Shown: positions 1 through 10,774 of the stretch, in pieces
Numbering within the stretch: the first letter of the stretch is position 1
How the letters are laid out: the number at the start of each line of letters is the position of its first letter
Assembly (NCBI RefSeq): GCF_000014265.1
Contig: NC_008312.1
Location: 7,680,001 to 7,712,000 of the forward strand
Source of the DNA: Trichodesmium erythraeum IMS101
GTDB lineage: Bacteria > Cyanobacteriota > Cyanobacteriia > Cyanobacteriales > Microcoleaceae
Length of the DNA: 32,000 bases
Reading direction: 5' to 3'
Notes under the pieces: generated by a model
Databases searched by the model: none
What the model was told of the DNA's origin: nothing
The model's input: only the letters and a program-made list of their open reading frames with translations
Program-made: the position numbers and the translations under genes

Positions 1-1
1 T

Positions 2-283
2 ATTGATTCAATAACTGACTTTAATGCATCAAAAGATTTAATCGAACTTGGAGCTATGAGTTTTACCAAATTTGAGACAACAGAAGATATACAGAAGAAT
101 TTTGCTGTTGTTTCTAGTAATAGTGATGCTGCTACATCAGAAGGATTGATTGTTTACAGTAGTCAAAGCGGTAATTTGTACTATAATACTGATGGTACGG
201 CTCCTGGTTTCGGAAGTGGCGGTCAATTTGCTACATTAGAAGGTAATTCAGACTTGGCCGCTAAGAACTTTATCTTGGGTTAG
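2..283 (+). CDS. C-terminal end of a larger, probably secreted repeat-type protein (5' end lies outside the window)
   Basis: The frame is open from base 2 (IDSITDFNASKDLIELGA... precedes the first Met of the tracked 56..283 ORF). The tail is Gly/Asn/Asp-rich (GNLYYNTDGTAPGFGSGGQFATLEG). A strong intrinsic terminator follows. Family not recognised with certainty. Confidence 0.5.
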   Translation: MDSITDFNASKDLIELGAMSFTKFETTEDIQKNFAVVSSNSDAATSEGLIVYSSQSGNLYYNTDGTAPGFGSGGQFATLEGNSDLAAKNFILG

Positions 284-298
284 AATTAATTAATATTA

Positions 299-328
299 GG
301 GGGTATAGTTACCCCCTTCTGATATTTT
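299..328 (+). terminator. Rho-independent terminator
   Basis: gggggta-tagt-taccccc forms a perfect 7-bp GC-rich stem with a 4-nt loop (299..316). It is followed by T-rich ttctgatatttt and starts 16 nt after the stop codon of the upstream CDS. Confidence 0.6.
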
Positions 329-645
329 GATATCTTATGTCAAATGTGGTTATATCAGTATAAATAAAGTATAAGGGGAAAGTATCAAATGCCTGATCAT
401 CAATTAAGTTATAGACGTTGCATACAACATCTATAAAAAATGTGAATCATTTATATGCTCCTGGGGAACTAATGATCAGAAAAGTTATTCTACCTTGTAT
501 TAATTACTCAATAGTTGAAGTTTCACATAAGCATAAGATATAGCATTATTTTTTTACTTTTAGTAAAACATTTACGTCGGATAAATATGGTTTTTTATAA
601 CACTCTATTTGCAAGTGGATTTTATATTACAAACATAATTTAGGA

Positions 646-942
646 ATGAGAAAATACATTATTTTGTCAATCTTTTTATTCATATTGTTTTTTGCTTTTG
701 CGCGACCGGTAGCAGCATCTTTTTGCCGTAATGACAAGGGCAACAAAATTTGTATTCTCAATATTAAACGTAGCGCTAAAAACTATTGGGAATATCGAGC
801 AGAAGTTAGTATTAATGGTGTAAGAAAGCCATTAGAAATTTATAATTGTCGGACTCAACAGAAAATTGAAAAGAATGGTAATATTGTCAAATTTTCATCA
901 AATGGTGCAGGTAAATTGATTTGTAGTATTCTTAATAAATAA
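646..942 (+). CDS. small secreted hypothetical protein (signal peptide, 4 Cys)
   Basis: ATG ORF of 98 aa. The N-terminus MRKYIILSIFLFILFFAFARPVAAS looks like a Sec signal peptide ending in A-x-A. No family recognised. Confidence 0.4.
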   Translation: MRKYIILSIFLFILFFAFARPVAASFCRNDKGNKICILNIKRSAKNYWEYRAEVSINGVRKPLEIYNCRTQQKIEKNGNIVKFSSNGAGKLICSILNK

Positions 943-1268
943 TGATTAAGAAATAGGGAAGTTTTTTATGATAAATATCTCACAGAATATGGTATAAACA
1001 TTTAGCTGTGATGCAAATCCACTCCCTAAATACACATTCTTTTTTCACATTCTCTCTAACCATACCTTTATCTCATTACCTCCACAAAAAGATAATTTAT
1101 AAACAGGATTTAGTATGATTACTCTACTTCCCGCTTTTCCATATTCCCAGAATATAGAGCAATTTTTTTGACATTTAGTATAATAAATATCTGTTGCTTC
1201 TGTTCTGCAATTATCAGATTAAATATCTTCTCAATATGAGCCCATTTTTATCAGTAAAATATCAACCT

Positions 1269-1541
1269 TTAAAACTGAAATTCCTGACAATTTGCCTGTA
1301 CAATTTTTCTAACTTCTCCAGGCTCTAATTTCATTAATTTATGACTTGCTTGAATTTGAGTTGGTTGATTTTCTAACTGTTGACGCTCAATTAATTCCCA
1401 TTCTTCTGCTGTTTTTGTGTAGCGCCTAGATGTAGCTCTATCCATATTTAAAGATGTAGCAACCTCATTGAGAAAATCCCATCCTGGTTGATTACGCATT
1501 CTGTGTAAATAGCGAGTCATTATATCAATATCAATTTTCAT
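1269..1541 (-). CDS. hypothetical protein with possible helix-turn-helix
   Basis: 90-aa ATG ORF. The segment EVATSLNMDRATSRRYTK resembles an HTH. It is isolated inside about 1.8 kb of non-coding AT-rich DNA and may be a remnant. Confidence 0.3.
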   Translation of the reverse strand: MKIDIDIMTRYLHRMRNQPGWDFLNEVATSLNMDRATSRRYTKTAEEWELIERQQLENQPTQIQASHKLMKLEPGEVRKIVQANCQEFQF

Positions 1542-1715
1542 AGTCTATTTTCCTGATTATTTTTGATCATTAAAATTATAGCGCCGTGTACAAGTCAAAA
1601 GTTATAAGTCACAAGTTAAAAGTAATATCTGAATGAGTTTTTCATGTCCCAATACTCCGCTGAGTCAATTTATCAATGTCCGTACCTAAGTGAGTCGTCC
1701 TATCTTTATAAATAT

Positions 1716-1732
1716 TAGACATCTCCAAAAAT
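1716..1732 (+). repeat. solo terminal repeat of the DDE_Tnp_4-type IS seen at 14969..16099
   Basis: tagacatctccaaaaat is the exact reverse complement of 16083..16099. The flanks also align (atcttta upstream; aattttag and agtttttaagcaaga downstream match 14990-15225). Confidence 0.55.
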
Positions 1733-2756
1733 GTCAATTTTAGAATAAATATAGAGGGGTAAAGGGTGAGATATTACAGGGGTAAGTTTTTAAGCAAGAG
1801 TTAAGTAATCAGTTTTATTTAGTATAAAATATCTAAGAAAATGTAATTTATTATACAATAAATATCTGATAATTTATTCTAGCCTTTATCTTCTCAAGGT
1901 TTTTGAGCAACTGTGACATCAAAGATAAAAAACTTACCCTTCTAAGGAGGGAGAGATAGGGAATATTTTTTAACCTTTTTCCCCTATTGGTTCTCTACCT
2001 AAAATAACTAATTGCTAAAGAGAGTTTTTCAGATACATGAAGAACATAGCCACAACCCACTCGTTATAAGAACTAACCTAACTATTGAATATCCAGCTTT
2101 GTGCTCTAATAATTATAAAAGCCACTGTAACTCAAAATTTTAATCAAGGCTAATATTCCATATCACTTCTATTTGGAAACCCTGCATTTACCTATTGGTA
2201 TTGGCCAAGGGTACTACTAGCAAGAAGAGTCTCCACAGTTTGAATTCTATGATTTTCTACATAAACTTCCTGGCTATTACCCAATTCACATCTATATAGT
2301 TAACTTTTTTTGACTTAACCATATATATTAACAATTTTATTAAACTTTTATTAGATTATGTAAAATTTTAAGTTACTCATATAATAAGAAAGATTTAACT
2401 ATTGCATACTGAAGCAGTTAATAAATTTTTTATAGATACAGTAGGATTTGATTTTTATGATCTATGTAAATTACATCATACATGGACTTTTTATATTTTT
2501 ACCATATTTAACCAAAATTGTGAAAGGTTTGGTAAACTATACAAAACTTAATACTAATATGATATTTATGGTAGTATTAATTTCTTAAAGCAGTTTTTTT
2601 CATGGGTAGACCAGATAAGGGACGTTCCCAGGAACATCCTGACAATATTCTGATTTTGGCCTGAGATATTAATTTATCTGAAAAGTTCTGTGATCAAATT
2701 CAAACTCAATTTTTGAGAAATAACAACTATAAAAAAACTTTCACTAATTGATTTTT

Positions 2757-2960
2757 ATGAGTAATTTATCTTCATCAAATCAAGATTCTGAACAAACAGA
2801 AAAAAATACTTCCACCGCGGAACCACAACCACAACCTAGTTATGTCAAACTAGCCATGAGAAATATGGTGAGAAAAGGTGGCAAATCTCTCAGGCATTTT
2901 ACCCTGACAACCATTGCACTGATAGGTCTTTTGGTTGGTATTGCTTACCTGACGCGATAA
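2757..2960 (+). CDS. small conserved cyanobacterial membrane protein (possibly DUF3285-like)
   Basis: ATG at 2757 (the tracked ORF starts at TTG 2748). The protein has a polar N-terminus, a basic stretch KLAMRNMVRKGGKSLRHF and one C-terminal TM helix TLTTIALIGLLVGIAYL. It sits directly upstream of ybeY. The family name is from memory. Confidence 0.5.
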   Translation: MSNLSSSNQDSEQTEKNTSTAEPQPQPSYVKLAMRNMVRKGGKSLRHFTLTTIALIGLLVGIAYLTR

Positions 2961-2999
2961 TTAAAATTCCAGTTTTAAGCGGAAAGGAGAATTTTACGG

Positions 3000-3551
3000 T
3001 TGTATCTAAAAGTAAACATTCAGGATTATTTTTGGTCATCTTCTTCAGAGGTAAAAAAGTTAAAACTTCAAGAAGATAGGGACCAAAAATGTCCCATATT
3101 TTTCTATCGTTGGGAGTATTGGTTTCAGAAATGGCTCGAAATCCTACAACCAAATATTCCACCTGCTCAAAACTACGAACTTAGTCTACGTCTAACTGAT
3201 GATTCTGAAATTCAAATTCTGAACAATAAATATCGTTACCAGAATCAACCAACAGATGTTTTAGCCTTTGCTAACCTTGAAGTAGATATTCCTCAACCAG
3301 AAGTAGTAGATTCTGATTTACAACTTTATCTGGGTGATATTGTAATTTCTGTTGAGACAGCATTTCAGCAAGCAAAACAACAAGGGCATCCATTAATAAC
3401 AGAATTAACCTGGCTAGCTGCCCATGGCTTTCTACATCTGCTCGGATGGGATCACCTTGATCAAGAAAGTTGGCAAAAAATGGTCAAACAACAGTTATTT
3501 TTGCTTAATGCTGTTGGAGAGGTCTATTGGATAACAGATAACTCTAGATAA
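3000..3551 (+). CDS. ybeY: endoribonuclease YbeY (rRNA maturation factor)
   Basis: Zinc-binding motif HGFLHLLGWDH and PTDVLAF are present. TTG start is preceded by ggaaaggaga 10-19 nt upstream. Confidence 0.9.
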   Translation: MYLKVNIQDYFWSSSSEVKKLKLQEDRDQKCPIFFYRWEYWFQKWLEILQPNIPPAQNYELSLRLTDDSEIQILNNKYRYQNQPTDVLAFANLEVDIPQPEVVDSDLQLYLGDIVISVETAFQQAKQQGHPLITELTWLAAHGFLHLLGWDHLDQESWQKMVKQQLFLLNAVGEVYWITDNSR

Positions 3552-3658
3552 TTTACTTAACTTAAAGTAACTTTTTGACTTTTTGGATAAACTGTTAATC
3601 GAGAAAATCTCATATTATTTGACTATTGTATACAAAATTAAACTGAGGTGAATACCTT

Positions 3659-4198
3659 ATGAAAATTAATGAGTTATCAATATTTTACTATAAAGCCCCT
3701 TTTATAGGCCAACCAAAAAATTCTGTTACTGCCAAATTAAATCTTTCTAAAAAGACAGTGAAATTTAACAGAGAATTATCTTGGCAAGTAGCAAATAATA
3801 TTTTGACTAGCTTCAAATATGCCTGGTCAGGCTTGTCTTATGCTTTTCAGACTCAACGTAATTTTCGGATTCATACTTTTATCGGTATTGTCGCTATTAG
3901 TTTGAGTATTTTATTAAAATTACAACTAATAGAAACTGTTGTTATTGTGTTAACAATTGGATTGGTAATGGCTATGGAATTGTTGAATACTGCTATTGAA
4001 TCTGCTGTGGATTTAACGGTTAAACAGCATTACCATAAATTAGCTAAAATTGCTAAAGATTGTGCTGCTGCTGCAGTTTTAGTTTCGGCAATAGTAGCAT
4101 TACTTGTCGCAAGTTACCTGATTTTACCACCTTTATTAGAGATGCTTATTTCTGCTATTGACAGCTATAAATTAAGTTGTTTGCCATTCTTTATTTGA
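3659..4198 (+). CDS. dgkA: diacylglycerol kinase / undecaprenol kinase family membrane protein
   Basis: Motif AMELLNTAIESAVDL with three TM segments. SD-like gaggtg lies 10 nt upstream of the ATG. ybeY-dgkA adjacency is common in bacteria. Confidence 0.85.
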   Translation: MKINELSIFYYKAPFIGQPKNSVTAKLNLSKKTVKFNRELSWQVANNILTSFKYAWSGLSYAFQTQRNFRIHTFIGIVAISLSILLKLQLIETVVIVLTIGLVMAMELLNTAIESAVDLTVKQHYHKLAKIAKDCAAAAVLVSAIVALLVASYLILPPLLEMLISAIDSYKLSCLPFFI

Positions 4199-4248
4199 CA
4201 ATATATGATTTTAATAATAAACATTACTTTGAAAATAATTTCATATAG

Positions 4249-4279
4249 AAATAAATAAATAAATAATAAATAAATAAAT
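4249..4279. repeat. (AAAT)n microsatellite
   Basis: (aaat)x4, then aat, then (aaat)x3, read directly from the sequence. Confidence 0.8.
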
Positions 4280-4411
4280 ATAATATCATGTTTCTTGGAA
4301 TACCTACTATGGAAAAAAATGAGGTAATTGAGTATTGGGAGTAATTGATGTTGTCAAAATATCTTTCTTATGGCTAGTGAATAATACTTAATATATATAA
4401 AATGTCAATAT

Positions 4412-4432
4412 TTAGCTGTCAGCTATTAGCTA
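4412..4432. repeat. STRR-like tandem heptamers (TTAGCTG TCAGCTA TTAGCTA)
   Basis: Three tandem heptamers related to those at 25081..25101 and 31016..31036 (compare tcagttg tcagtta ttagtac). Confidence 0.6.
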
Positions 4433-4704
4433 GTCTCTTAGGCCGGAACTGGTTTTTTTTATTTTCTTTAGGGAAACAGTTGCTGCTTTTGATGATATTT
4501 CTTAAGAATGCTCTATCAATTAAGTCAGGATTAAATCTAATTACAAAAATCGTTTAAGTCTATATTTATCTAAACTTTTTAAAAGTATGGCACAGCATTC
4601 TTGCTGATACCTGACGGCTAATAGCCGAATATTTAGTGTAATAAGTTTTAGTTTGTCATGGAAATAAATAGTTTCTTATTTTTTAAATGAAGGAGTAAAA
4701 TGCT

Positions 4705-5292
4705 TTGATTATAGTTATAGATAACTACGATAGTTTTACCTATAATTTAGTACAATATCTGGGTGAGTTTGGTAAGGAATTAACTGTTGCTGCTCATGTT
4801 AAAGTTTACCGGAATGATAAAATTTCTGTGGCGGAAATTAGGGAGTTAAAACCGGATGGAGTTGTTATTTCTCCTGGTCCTGGTCGTCCAGAAGATGCGG
4901 GAATTTCCCAAGCATTAATTCAAGAATTAGGTGCTACTTTGCCTATATTAGGAGTGTGTCTCGGCCATCAAAGTATTGGTCAAGTATTTGGAGGAAAAAT
5001 TACTCCTGCTGCAGAATTAATGCACGGTAAAACTTCAGAGGTTTATCATAATCAAGTAGGAATTTTTCAAGGATTAGATAATCCAATAATTGCAACTAGA
5101 TATCATAGTTTAGTTATTGATCGGGAAAGTTGCCCTGAAGTCTTAGAAATTACTGGATGGGTTGAGGATGGAACTATTATGGGTGTTAGACATAAAAATT
5201 ATCCTCATATTCAGGGGGTACAATTTCATCCTGAAAGTATTTTAACTAATTCTGGAAAGTCGTTATTGAGAAATTTTTTGGCAGGGCTTTAA
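4705..5292 (+). CDS. trpG: anthranilate/aminodeoxychorismate synthase component II (class-I glutamine amidotransferase)
   Basis: N-terminus IIVIDNYDSFTYNLVQYLGE, catalytic Cys in GVCLGHQ and His in VQFHPES. TTG start. Sequence alone cannot separate TrpG from PabA. Confidence 0.9.
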   Translation: MIIVIDNYDSFTYNLVQYLGEFGKELTVAAHVKVYRNDKISVAEIRELKPDGVVISPGPGRPEDAGISQALIQELGATLPILGVCLGHQSIGQVFGGKITPAAELMHGKTSEVYHNQVGIFQGLDNPIIATRYHSLVIDRESCPEVLEITGWVEDGTIMGVRHKNYPHIQGVQFHPESILTNSGKSLLRNFLAGL

Positions 5293-5462
5293 TCAATTTA
5301 GAACTTAGAAGTAAGAAGTTGTTTTTTATAATGGGGATTCTGAGTAACCCTTGAAGAATATTTTACTTTAAGATGGGGGGTTGCACAACTCAATTATCTT
5401 GATAAAAATCAGAAATTATTGTGTAATCTGGAGTTTATTTCAGGACTTACGCAGGCACCCTA

Positions 5463-6441
5463 TATAGAACTTCTGAGTGTATCTTTTAGGTCCTAAATTA
5501 TGATTAAGTAGCGATCGCCAATGATTTAACCAAGAGATGGATAAATGCCATATTCAAGTAGTTTAACAGATGAAGCATGGGTTATGATTGAACCATTGTT
5601 GCCAAAAAAAAAAGAAAACTTGTCCCATGAAATGGAGTAAAAGACAAATATTGGACGGTTTACTCTATCAACTGAAGAATGGTTGTAATTGGTCTGATAT
5701 AATAAAGATTTACCTCCTTGCTCGATAGTATTTTGGCTTTATAAAAAGTGGCGAACTTCAGGGGTAATTGAGCAAGTTAAAGATATATTGCACTCTCAAG
5801 TACGTCAACAAGTTAAAAAAAAGCAAAATGGACAACTTTAATAATCATTGATTCACAGGCAGTAAAAATACTTGTAATGCTAGTGTCAAATCCAAGGGAT
5901 TCTGTTTCTACAAAGCTACTAATGGAATTAAGAGACACTTAGCAGTAGATAGTCTAGGCGTTCCTTTTTTTGCTCATTGCACAAAAGCATCAGTTTCTGA
6001 TGATGATGGATTAATTGAAATGTTTTTAGAGAATATTGACTACTTTAAGTCAAAACCTGCTAAAATTCCTAAAGTTACTATTTTACTTGATAATGGATAC
6101 CATCCCGAAAAAATAACACAAGAGTTAGAGAAAATTTATCCAGGAATTATTACCAAGATTCGGTTGAAACTTTCACCAAAACCATCAAAGGTGGAGAAAA
6201 AACAGTAAGGAAAAACGGGATTTGTTCCTGTCAAAGCCAGGTGGGTCATTGAAAGAACCAATTCCTGGATGGAGAGGTGTAAAAGCTTGGTAAAAAAAAA
6301 TTGATGCGAACCCTGGAAAATGCTACTACTAAGATTAATCTTTGTTTTATTCGACTGATGCTTAAGAGGTTAGCGTTGGCAGAGGATGGTGGTGGTAGCT
6401 ATATCGCCTAATTTTTTAGAGATACACTCAGGGGTTCTATA
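5463..6441 (+). mobile_element. IS5-family (IS427/IS1031-like) insertion sequence, decayed copy 1
   Basis: Terminal inverted repeats are tatagaacTTctgagtgtatct (5463..5484) and the reverse complement of agatacactcaggggttctata (6420..6441), matching 20/22. Internal transposase fragments are present. Confidence 0.8.
5545..6411 (+). pseudogene. IS5-family transposase pseudogene
   Basis: The reading MPYSSSLTDEAWVMIEPLLPKK... is then broken. Later fragments (...DSQAVKN.., MFLENIDYFKSKPAKIPKVTILLDNGYHPEK.., GFVPVKARWVIERTNSWMERCKSLVK) lie in different frames and contain stops. The breaks sit at A10 (5604..5613), A8 (5815..5822) and A9 (6292..6300). Confidence 0.8.
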
Positions 6442-6467
6442 ACAATTCAATCTCACAATACCTTTAA

Positions 6468-6779
6468 TTATATATCACCAAAAGCTATAAATGTGAAGCC
6501 AGAACTTTGACGATGGTTTGGTAATGACGTGGTGTAGACGCAGTAATACGGTGACAAATCAACAATAGCCACAGAGAGGTTAAGCGTCTCCCACTCCGGT
6601 CCGAAAATTGTACAGACAACTGATGGATTCTTCCAAAAGTGTTTTTTGAATTTTACCAAGTACATACCTTCCGTGAACCGCGAGGATTCAAAGACTTCAC
6701 CGGAAATCGAATTACCATCTCTTGGGTAATTGATGCGCTCAGAGATACACTCAGGGGTTCTATAAATCTCAGTTTTCAC
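6468..6779 (-). pseudogene. gene remnant trapped between an IS end and a solo IS end (chimeric ORF)
   Basis: The first 13 codons of the ORF (..RTPECISE..) are the translated IS terminal repeat. The ORF ends 27 bp from the IS. Its tail ...YTTSLPNHRQSSGFTFIAFGDI vaguely resembles motif I of metallophosphoesterases, which is speculative. Confidence 0.3.
6743..6764 (+). repeat. solo copy of the right terminal repeat of IS copy 1
   Basis: agagatacactcaggggttctataa at 6741..6765 is identical to 6418..6442, in the same orientation. No transposase is attached. Confidence 0.75.
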
Positions 6780-7297
6780 TAGAAACAGAATCAGATGATT
6801 ATTTATCAGCTAAATTTTTAATCAAAAAAGCCAATGTGGTGCTAAATAAAAATCAAATTATATTTGACATCAACCTGCGAATAGTCACCGAATGACCAGT
6901 AGAATTTCTGATCGCCGAAAATATCAAATACCATAGAGAAGAAGAACAATATTAGTAGTTGTAGAACATCATGGAAGAGGGCGGTGCGTTACGACAGACT
7001 CCTGAATTGATTTCACATTCTGACTTTTAGCCGTCTTACGCACCCAGAATCAGCTCATTTTAACAATTATTGACCAATAGTATCTTTTTTTATCCTATTG
7101 CTCTGAAAGGTTTTGAGATTAATTTAGTGAGGAAAATATATTTCAATTATTAAGCCAGAAAAACCGATAATATTAAAGTTATGTGATATTTATAATTCCT
7201 TGAAAAGCTTGTATTGCAAGCAGATAATCAAAATATTGATTTGTCAATAAAATTTTAGATGAGTTTGCTCTGCTTATGCAGCCTACTGGAATATTTC

Positions 7298-7340
7298 AGC
7301 TCAAATAGTGAATTTTAATTAAACAAAAATTACAGTTTTT
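7298..7340 (+). repeat. direct repeat copy R1 (about 42 bp)
   Basis: agctcaaatagtgaattttaat is shared exactly (22 nt) with 7670..7691. The next segment, taaacaaaaattacagtttt, aligns with caaaaaaaatttacagtttt. Confidence 0.75.
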
Positions 7341-7669
7341 TGAGAAAATTTTCTGGAAGCATCTAACTGATAAATTTGCCGTAGTTGGTAGATAGTTTCT
7401 ACTGTTTTGAGAGAGGTAAGAGTTACCTCTTAAACTTGAATATTTTTATTTCAGATAATCTCTGAAAATATCTCTTTTACTCATGATAAAAATTTCAATG
7501 ATTATCCTAGTTTAATTCTAGAAAGTATCCCTATTTTTTTCCATGGTTATTCACTAATTGCCAGAGCTAAACTGATTATTTGCTGTAGGATTGACGTATT
7601 TAATATAAAAGCAAAAATGCTAGTAAATATTCTAATGTTAAAAGTGGATATTCTCTCGTATGTATAATT

Positions 7670-7711
7670 AGCTCAAATAGTGAATTTTAATCAAAAAAAA
7701 TTTACAGTTTT
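7670..7711 (+). repeat. direct repeat copy R2 (about 42 bp)
   Basis: See R1. R2 is immediately preceded by a perfect TATAAT at 7663..7668. Confidence 0.75.
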
Positions 7712-7780
7712 GAATTGCTTAATTCCCTAACAATTTTCACTTTTAGCGGTTTAACAGACTCTACAAATTTTGTTATAACA

Positions 7781-7812
7781 AGAAACCAGGTCTACATATA
7801 AACCCAGTTTCT
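7781..7812 (-). terminator. candidate terminator hairpin downstream of gcvP
   Basis: On the minus strand, agaaactgggtt-tatatgta-gacctggtttct forms about 12 pairs including G-U, followed by tgtt. It starts about 38 nt after the gcvP stop. A smaller hairpin, acagg-tatattg-cctgt, lies at 7820..7836. Confidence 0.35.
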
Positions 7813-7849
7813 GTCGAGAAACAGGCAATATACCTGTCCTACAAAACTA

Positions 7850-10774
7850 TTAACTGTAAGCCTCTATCGGCAAACAAGAACAAACAAAATTGCGATCCCC
7901 AAAAGCATTATCAACCCGTCCTACAGCAGGCCAAAATTTATGCTCTCGCGTCCAAGGCGCAGGATAAGCAGCACGTTGTCGAGAATAACCATGCTTCCAC
8001 TCATCCACCATCAAACTCTCAGCAGTATGAGGCGCATTTTTCAACAAATTATCATTTTTATCTGCCTTACCAGTTTCGATCTCCTCTATTTCCTGACGAA
8101 TAGAAATCATCGCGTCACAAAAACGGTCTAACTCATCCTTAGACTCACTCTCTGTCGGTTCCACCATAATTGTACCCGCCACAGGCCAAGAGACAGTCGG
8201 CGCATGAAAACCATAGTCCATCAAACGTTTAGCAATATCCTCCACCTCAATACCAGCCAACTTTTTCAAAGGACGCAAATCCAAAATGCACTCGTGAGCA
8301 ATAAACCCATACTTACCCTTGTACAAAACTGAATAATAACTTCCCAAACGTTGGGCAATATAATTAGCATTCAAAATCGCTATCTTAGTTGCTTCAGTCA
8401 AACCATCCGTCCCCATCATCGCAATATACATCCAAGAAATAGGCAGAATACTAGCGCTACCCCAGGGTGCAGCAGATACAGCTCCACTAGAATTTTCCCC
8501 TCCCAAATTAATAACAGAATGCCCTGGTAAAAACGGTGCCAAGTGAGACTTAACCCCTATCGGACCCATTCCTGGACCTCCGCCACCATGAGGAATACAA
8601 AAGGTTTTATGTAAATTCAAATGACAAACATCAGCACCTATTTCCGCGGGACGACATAATCCTACTTGAGCATTCATATTTGCCCCATCCATATAAACTT
8701 GCCCACCATGAGCATGGATAATTTCACAAATATCAAGAATTTCTTCCTCAAAGACACCGTGAGTAGAGGGGTATGTAATCATTATTGCAGCTAAATTATC
8801 TTTATGCTTTTCTGCCTTTGTCTGTAAATCTGCAATATCTATATTGCCTTGGGCATCACATTTAACAACCACAACCTTTAACCCACTCATTACTGCAGAA
8901 GCAGGGTTTGTACCGTGGGCAGATTCAGGGATCAAACAAATATCACGATGTGCTTCCCCACGGTGAGCATGATATTCGCGAATTACTAATAAACCCGTAT
9001 ATTCTCCTTGTGAACCTGCGTTTGGTTGTAGAGAAATTTCTGCAAAACCTGTGATTTCTGCCAACCATTCTTCTAATTGCTGAAATATTATTTGATAACC
9101 CTGAGTTTGAGAAATGGGAGAAAAAGGGTGAATATTGGCAAATTCAGGCCAAGTTACAGGTATCATTTCTGCTGTAGCATTAAGTTTCATTGTACAGGAA
9201 CCCAAAGGTATCATTGATGTTGTCAAAGATAAATCTTTAGACTGCAAACGATGAATATAACGCAAAAGATTGGTTTCAGAATGATAACTTTTAAATACTG
9301 GGTGAGTTAGATAATTGCTAGTGCGAGCATAATAACTTTGAGAAAGGGTAGAAATATTTTCATTTTCGATGTTTGGGAACTTTTCTCCACTAGCAAAAAT
9401 TTGCCACAGATTTTGTACATCTACTTCAGTGGTAGTTTCATCTAGAGAAATACCAACCGTTTGTTCATCAAAAGTTCGGAGATTAATACCTAAATTTTCA
9501 GCCGCATCAATAATTTCTTTTGCACTTTTCACAGGAGAGTCAGCACCCAATTTGATCTCAATAGTATCAAAAAATAACTCTGCACCAATTTGATAACCAA
9601 GCTGTTTTAAACCTGTTGCCAACTTAAAAGTCAAATTATGGATATTTTCTGCAATTTGTTTTAAACCACCCGGACCGTGATAGACTGCGTACATACCTGC
9701 TATTACTGCCAATAAAACTTGAGCAGTACAAATATTGCTAGTTGCCTTTTCCCGGCGAATATGCTGTTCCCTGGTTTGTAGTGCTAAACGTAAGGCTGGG
9801 TTACCATTAGCATCTTGAGAAACCCCAACAATACGTCCAGGAGTTTGTCGTTTATAAGCTTCTTTAGTAGCAAAGTAAGCAGCATGGGGGCCTCCGTATC
9901 CAAGAGACACGCCAAAACGTTGAGTATTACCTACAGCAATATCAGCACCAAATTCTCCAGGGGGTGTGAGTAAGGTTAAACTTAGTAATTCAGCAGCAAC
10001 AGTTACTAAACCTCCTACCTTGTGAACTTTTTCCACAAATTCGCGATAGTCATAAATTGCTCCATTAGTGGCGGGATATTGCAGGAGTGCACCAAAAATT
10101 GGTTTGTCAAAAGTGAAGGTTCGGAAGTCCCCGACTATTACTTCTATTCCCAATGGTTGTGCCCTAGTTTTGACAACTTCAATATTCTGAGGATGGCAGG
10201 CAGAGTCAACAAAGAAAACTTCGGCTTTAGTTTTACATAAACCATAAGTCATGCTCATCGCTTCCGCTGCTGCTGTAGCTTCATCAAGTAGTGAAGCATT
10301 AGCTATTTCTAAACCTGTTAAGTCTGTAATCATGGTTTGAAAATTCAGCAACGCCTCCATCCGGCCTTGAGCTATTTCTGCTTGATAGGGAGTATAAGCT
10401 GTGTACCAACCAGGGTTTTCTAGTATATTGCGAAGGATAACTGGTGGGGTAATGCAGTCATAATAACCCATTCCAATAAAGGAACGAAATATCTGATTTT
10501 TAGAGATTATTTCTTTAATTTGAGCAAGTGCCGCATTTTCACTCAGAGACTTGGGCAAATTGAGTGGTTTCTGGAATCGAATTTTTTCGGGAACTGTTTT
10601 GTCAATTAAGTCTTCTAGGGAGGAAATACCTAATACTTCCAGCATTTGTTGGATTTCTGATGAGGTAAGACCAATATGTCGTTGGGAAAAGTCTATTGGC
10701 CTCTGACCTTGGTTTTGGTTGGCCAGTTGTATTTGATAACTTGACTGTATATTAGATTTATATGTTGCTACCAT
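7850..10774 (-). CDS. gcvP: glycine dehydrogenase (decarboxylating), glycine cleavage system P protein
   Basis: 974-aa single-chain P protein. PLP-lysine context is [20 protein letters not shown]- and C-terminal halves are typical of GcvP. Confidence 0.97.
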   Translation of the reverse strand: MVATYKSNIQSSYQIQLANQNQGQRPIDFSQRHIGLTSSEIQQMLEVLGISSLEDLIDKTVPEKIRFQKPLNLPKSLSENAALAQIKEIISKNQIFRSFIGMGYYDCITPPVILRNILENPGWYTAYTPYQAEIAQGRMEALLNFQTMITDLTGLEIANASLLDEATAAAEAMSMTYGLCKTKAEVFFVDSACHPQNIEVVKTRAQPLGIEVIVGDFRTFTFDKPIFGALLQYPATNGAIYDYREFVEKVHKVGGLVTVAAELLSLTLLTPPGEFGADIAVGNTQRFGVSLGYGGPHAAYFATKEAYKRQTPGRIVGVSQDANGNPALRLALQTREQHIRREKATSNICTAQVLLAVIAGMYAVYHGPGGLKQIAENIHNLTFKLATGLKQLGYQIGAELFFDTIEIKLGADSPVKSAKEIIDAAENLGINLRTFDEQTVGISLDETTTEVDVQNLWQIFASGEKFPNIENENISTLSQSYYARTSNYLTHPVFKSYHSETNLLRYIHRLQSKDLSLTTSMIPLGSCTMKLNATAEMIPVTWPEFANIHPFSPISQTQGYQIIFQQLEEWLAEITGFAEISLQPNAGSQGEYTGLLVIREYHAHRGEAHRDICLIPESAHGTNPASAVMSGLKVVVVKCDAQGNIDIADLQTKAEKHKDNLAAIMITYPSTHGVFEEEILDICEIIHAHGGQVYMDGANMNAQVGLCRPAEIGADVCHLNLHKTFCIPHGGGGPGMGPIGVKSHLAPFLPGHSVINLGGENSSGAVSAAPWGSASILPISWMYIAMMGTDGLTEATKIAILNANYIAQRLGSYYSVLYKGKYGFIAHECILDLRPLKKLAGIEVEDIAKRLMDYGFHAPTVSWPVAGTIMVEPTESESKDELDRFCDAMISIRQEIEEIETGKADKNDNLLKNAPHTAESLMVDEWKHGYSRQRAAYPAPWTREHKFWPAVGRVDNAFGDRNFVCSCLPIEAYS

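Noticed and set aside
6983-7044. GC-rich arms ggtgcgt...acgcacc about 48 nt apart, with a 19-codon ORF (MEEGGALRQTPELISHSDF) between them
   Set aside because: Only 7-9 pairs form, the loop is long, and there is no U-tract or recognisable RNA family. It is more likely another gene stump in the eroded 6.8-7.8 kb region.
7298-7711. CRISPR array
   Set aside because: Only two repeat copies are present, about 42 bp each, separated by about 330 bp. No cas genes are present, and no further evenly spaced repeats occur anywhere in the window.
7940-10240. Plus-strand ORFs 7940..8131, 9369..9593 and 10022..10240 inside gcvP
   Set aside because: They lie entirely antisense to a 974-aa gene with unmistakable GcvP sequence. 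Their products are low-complexity with no start context. They are shadow ORFs.
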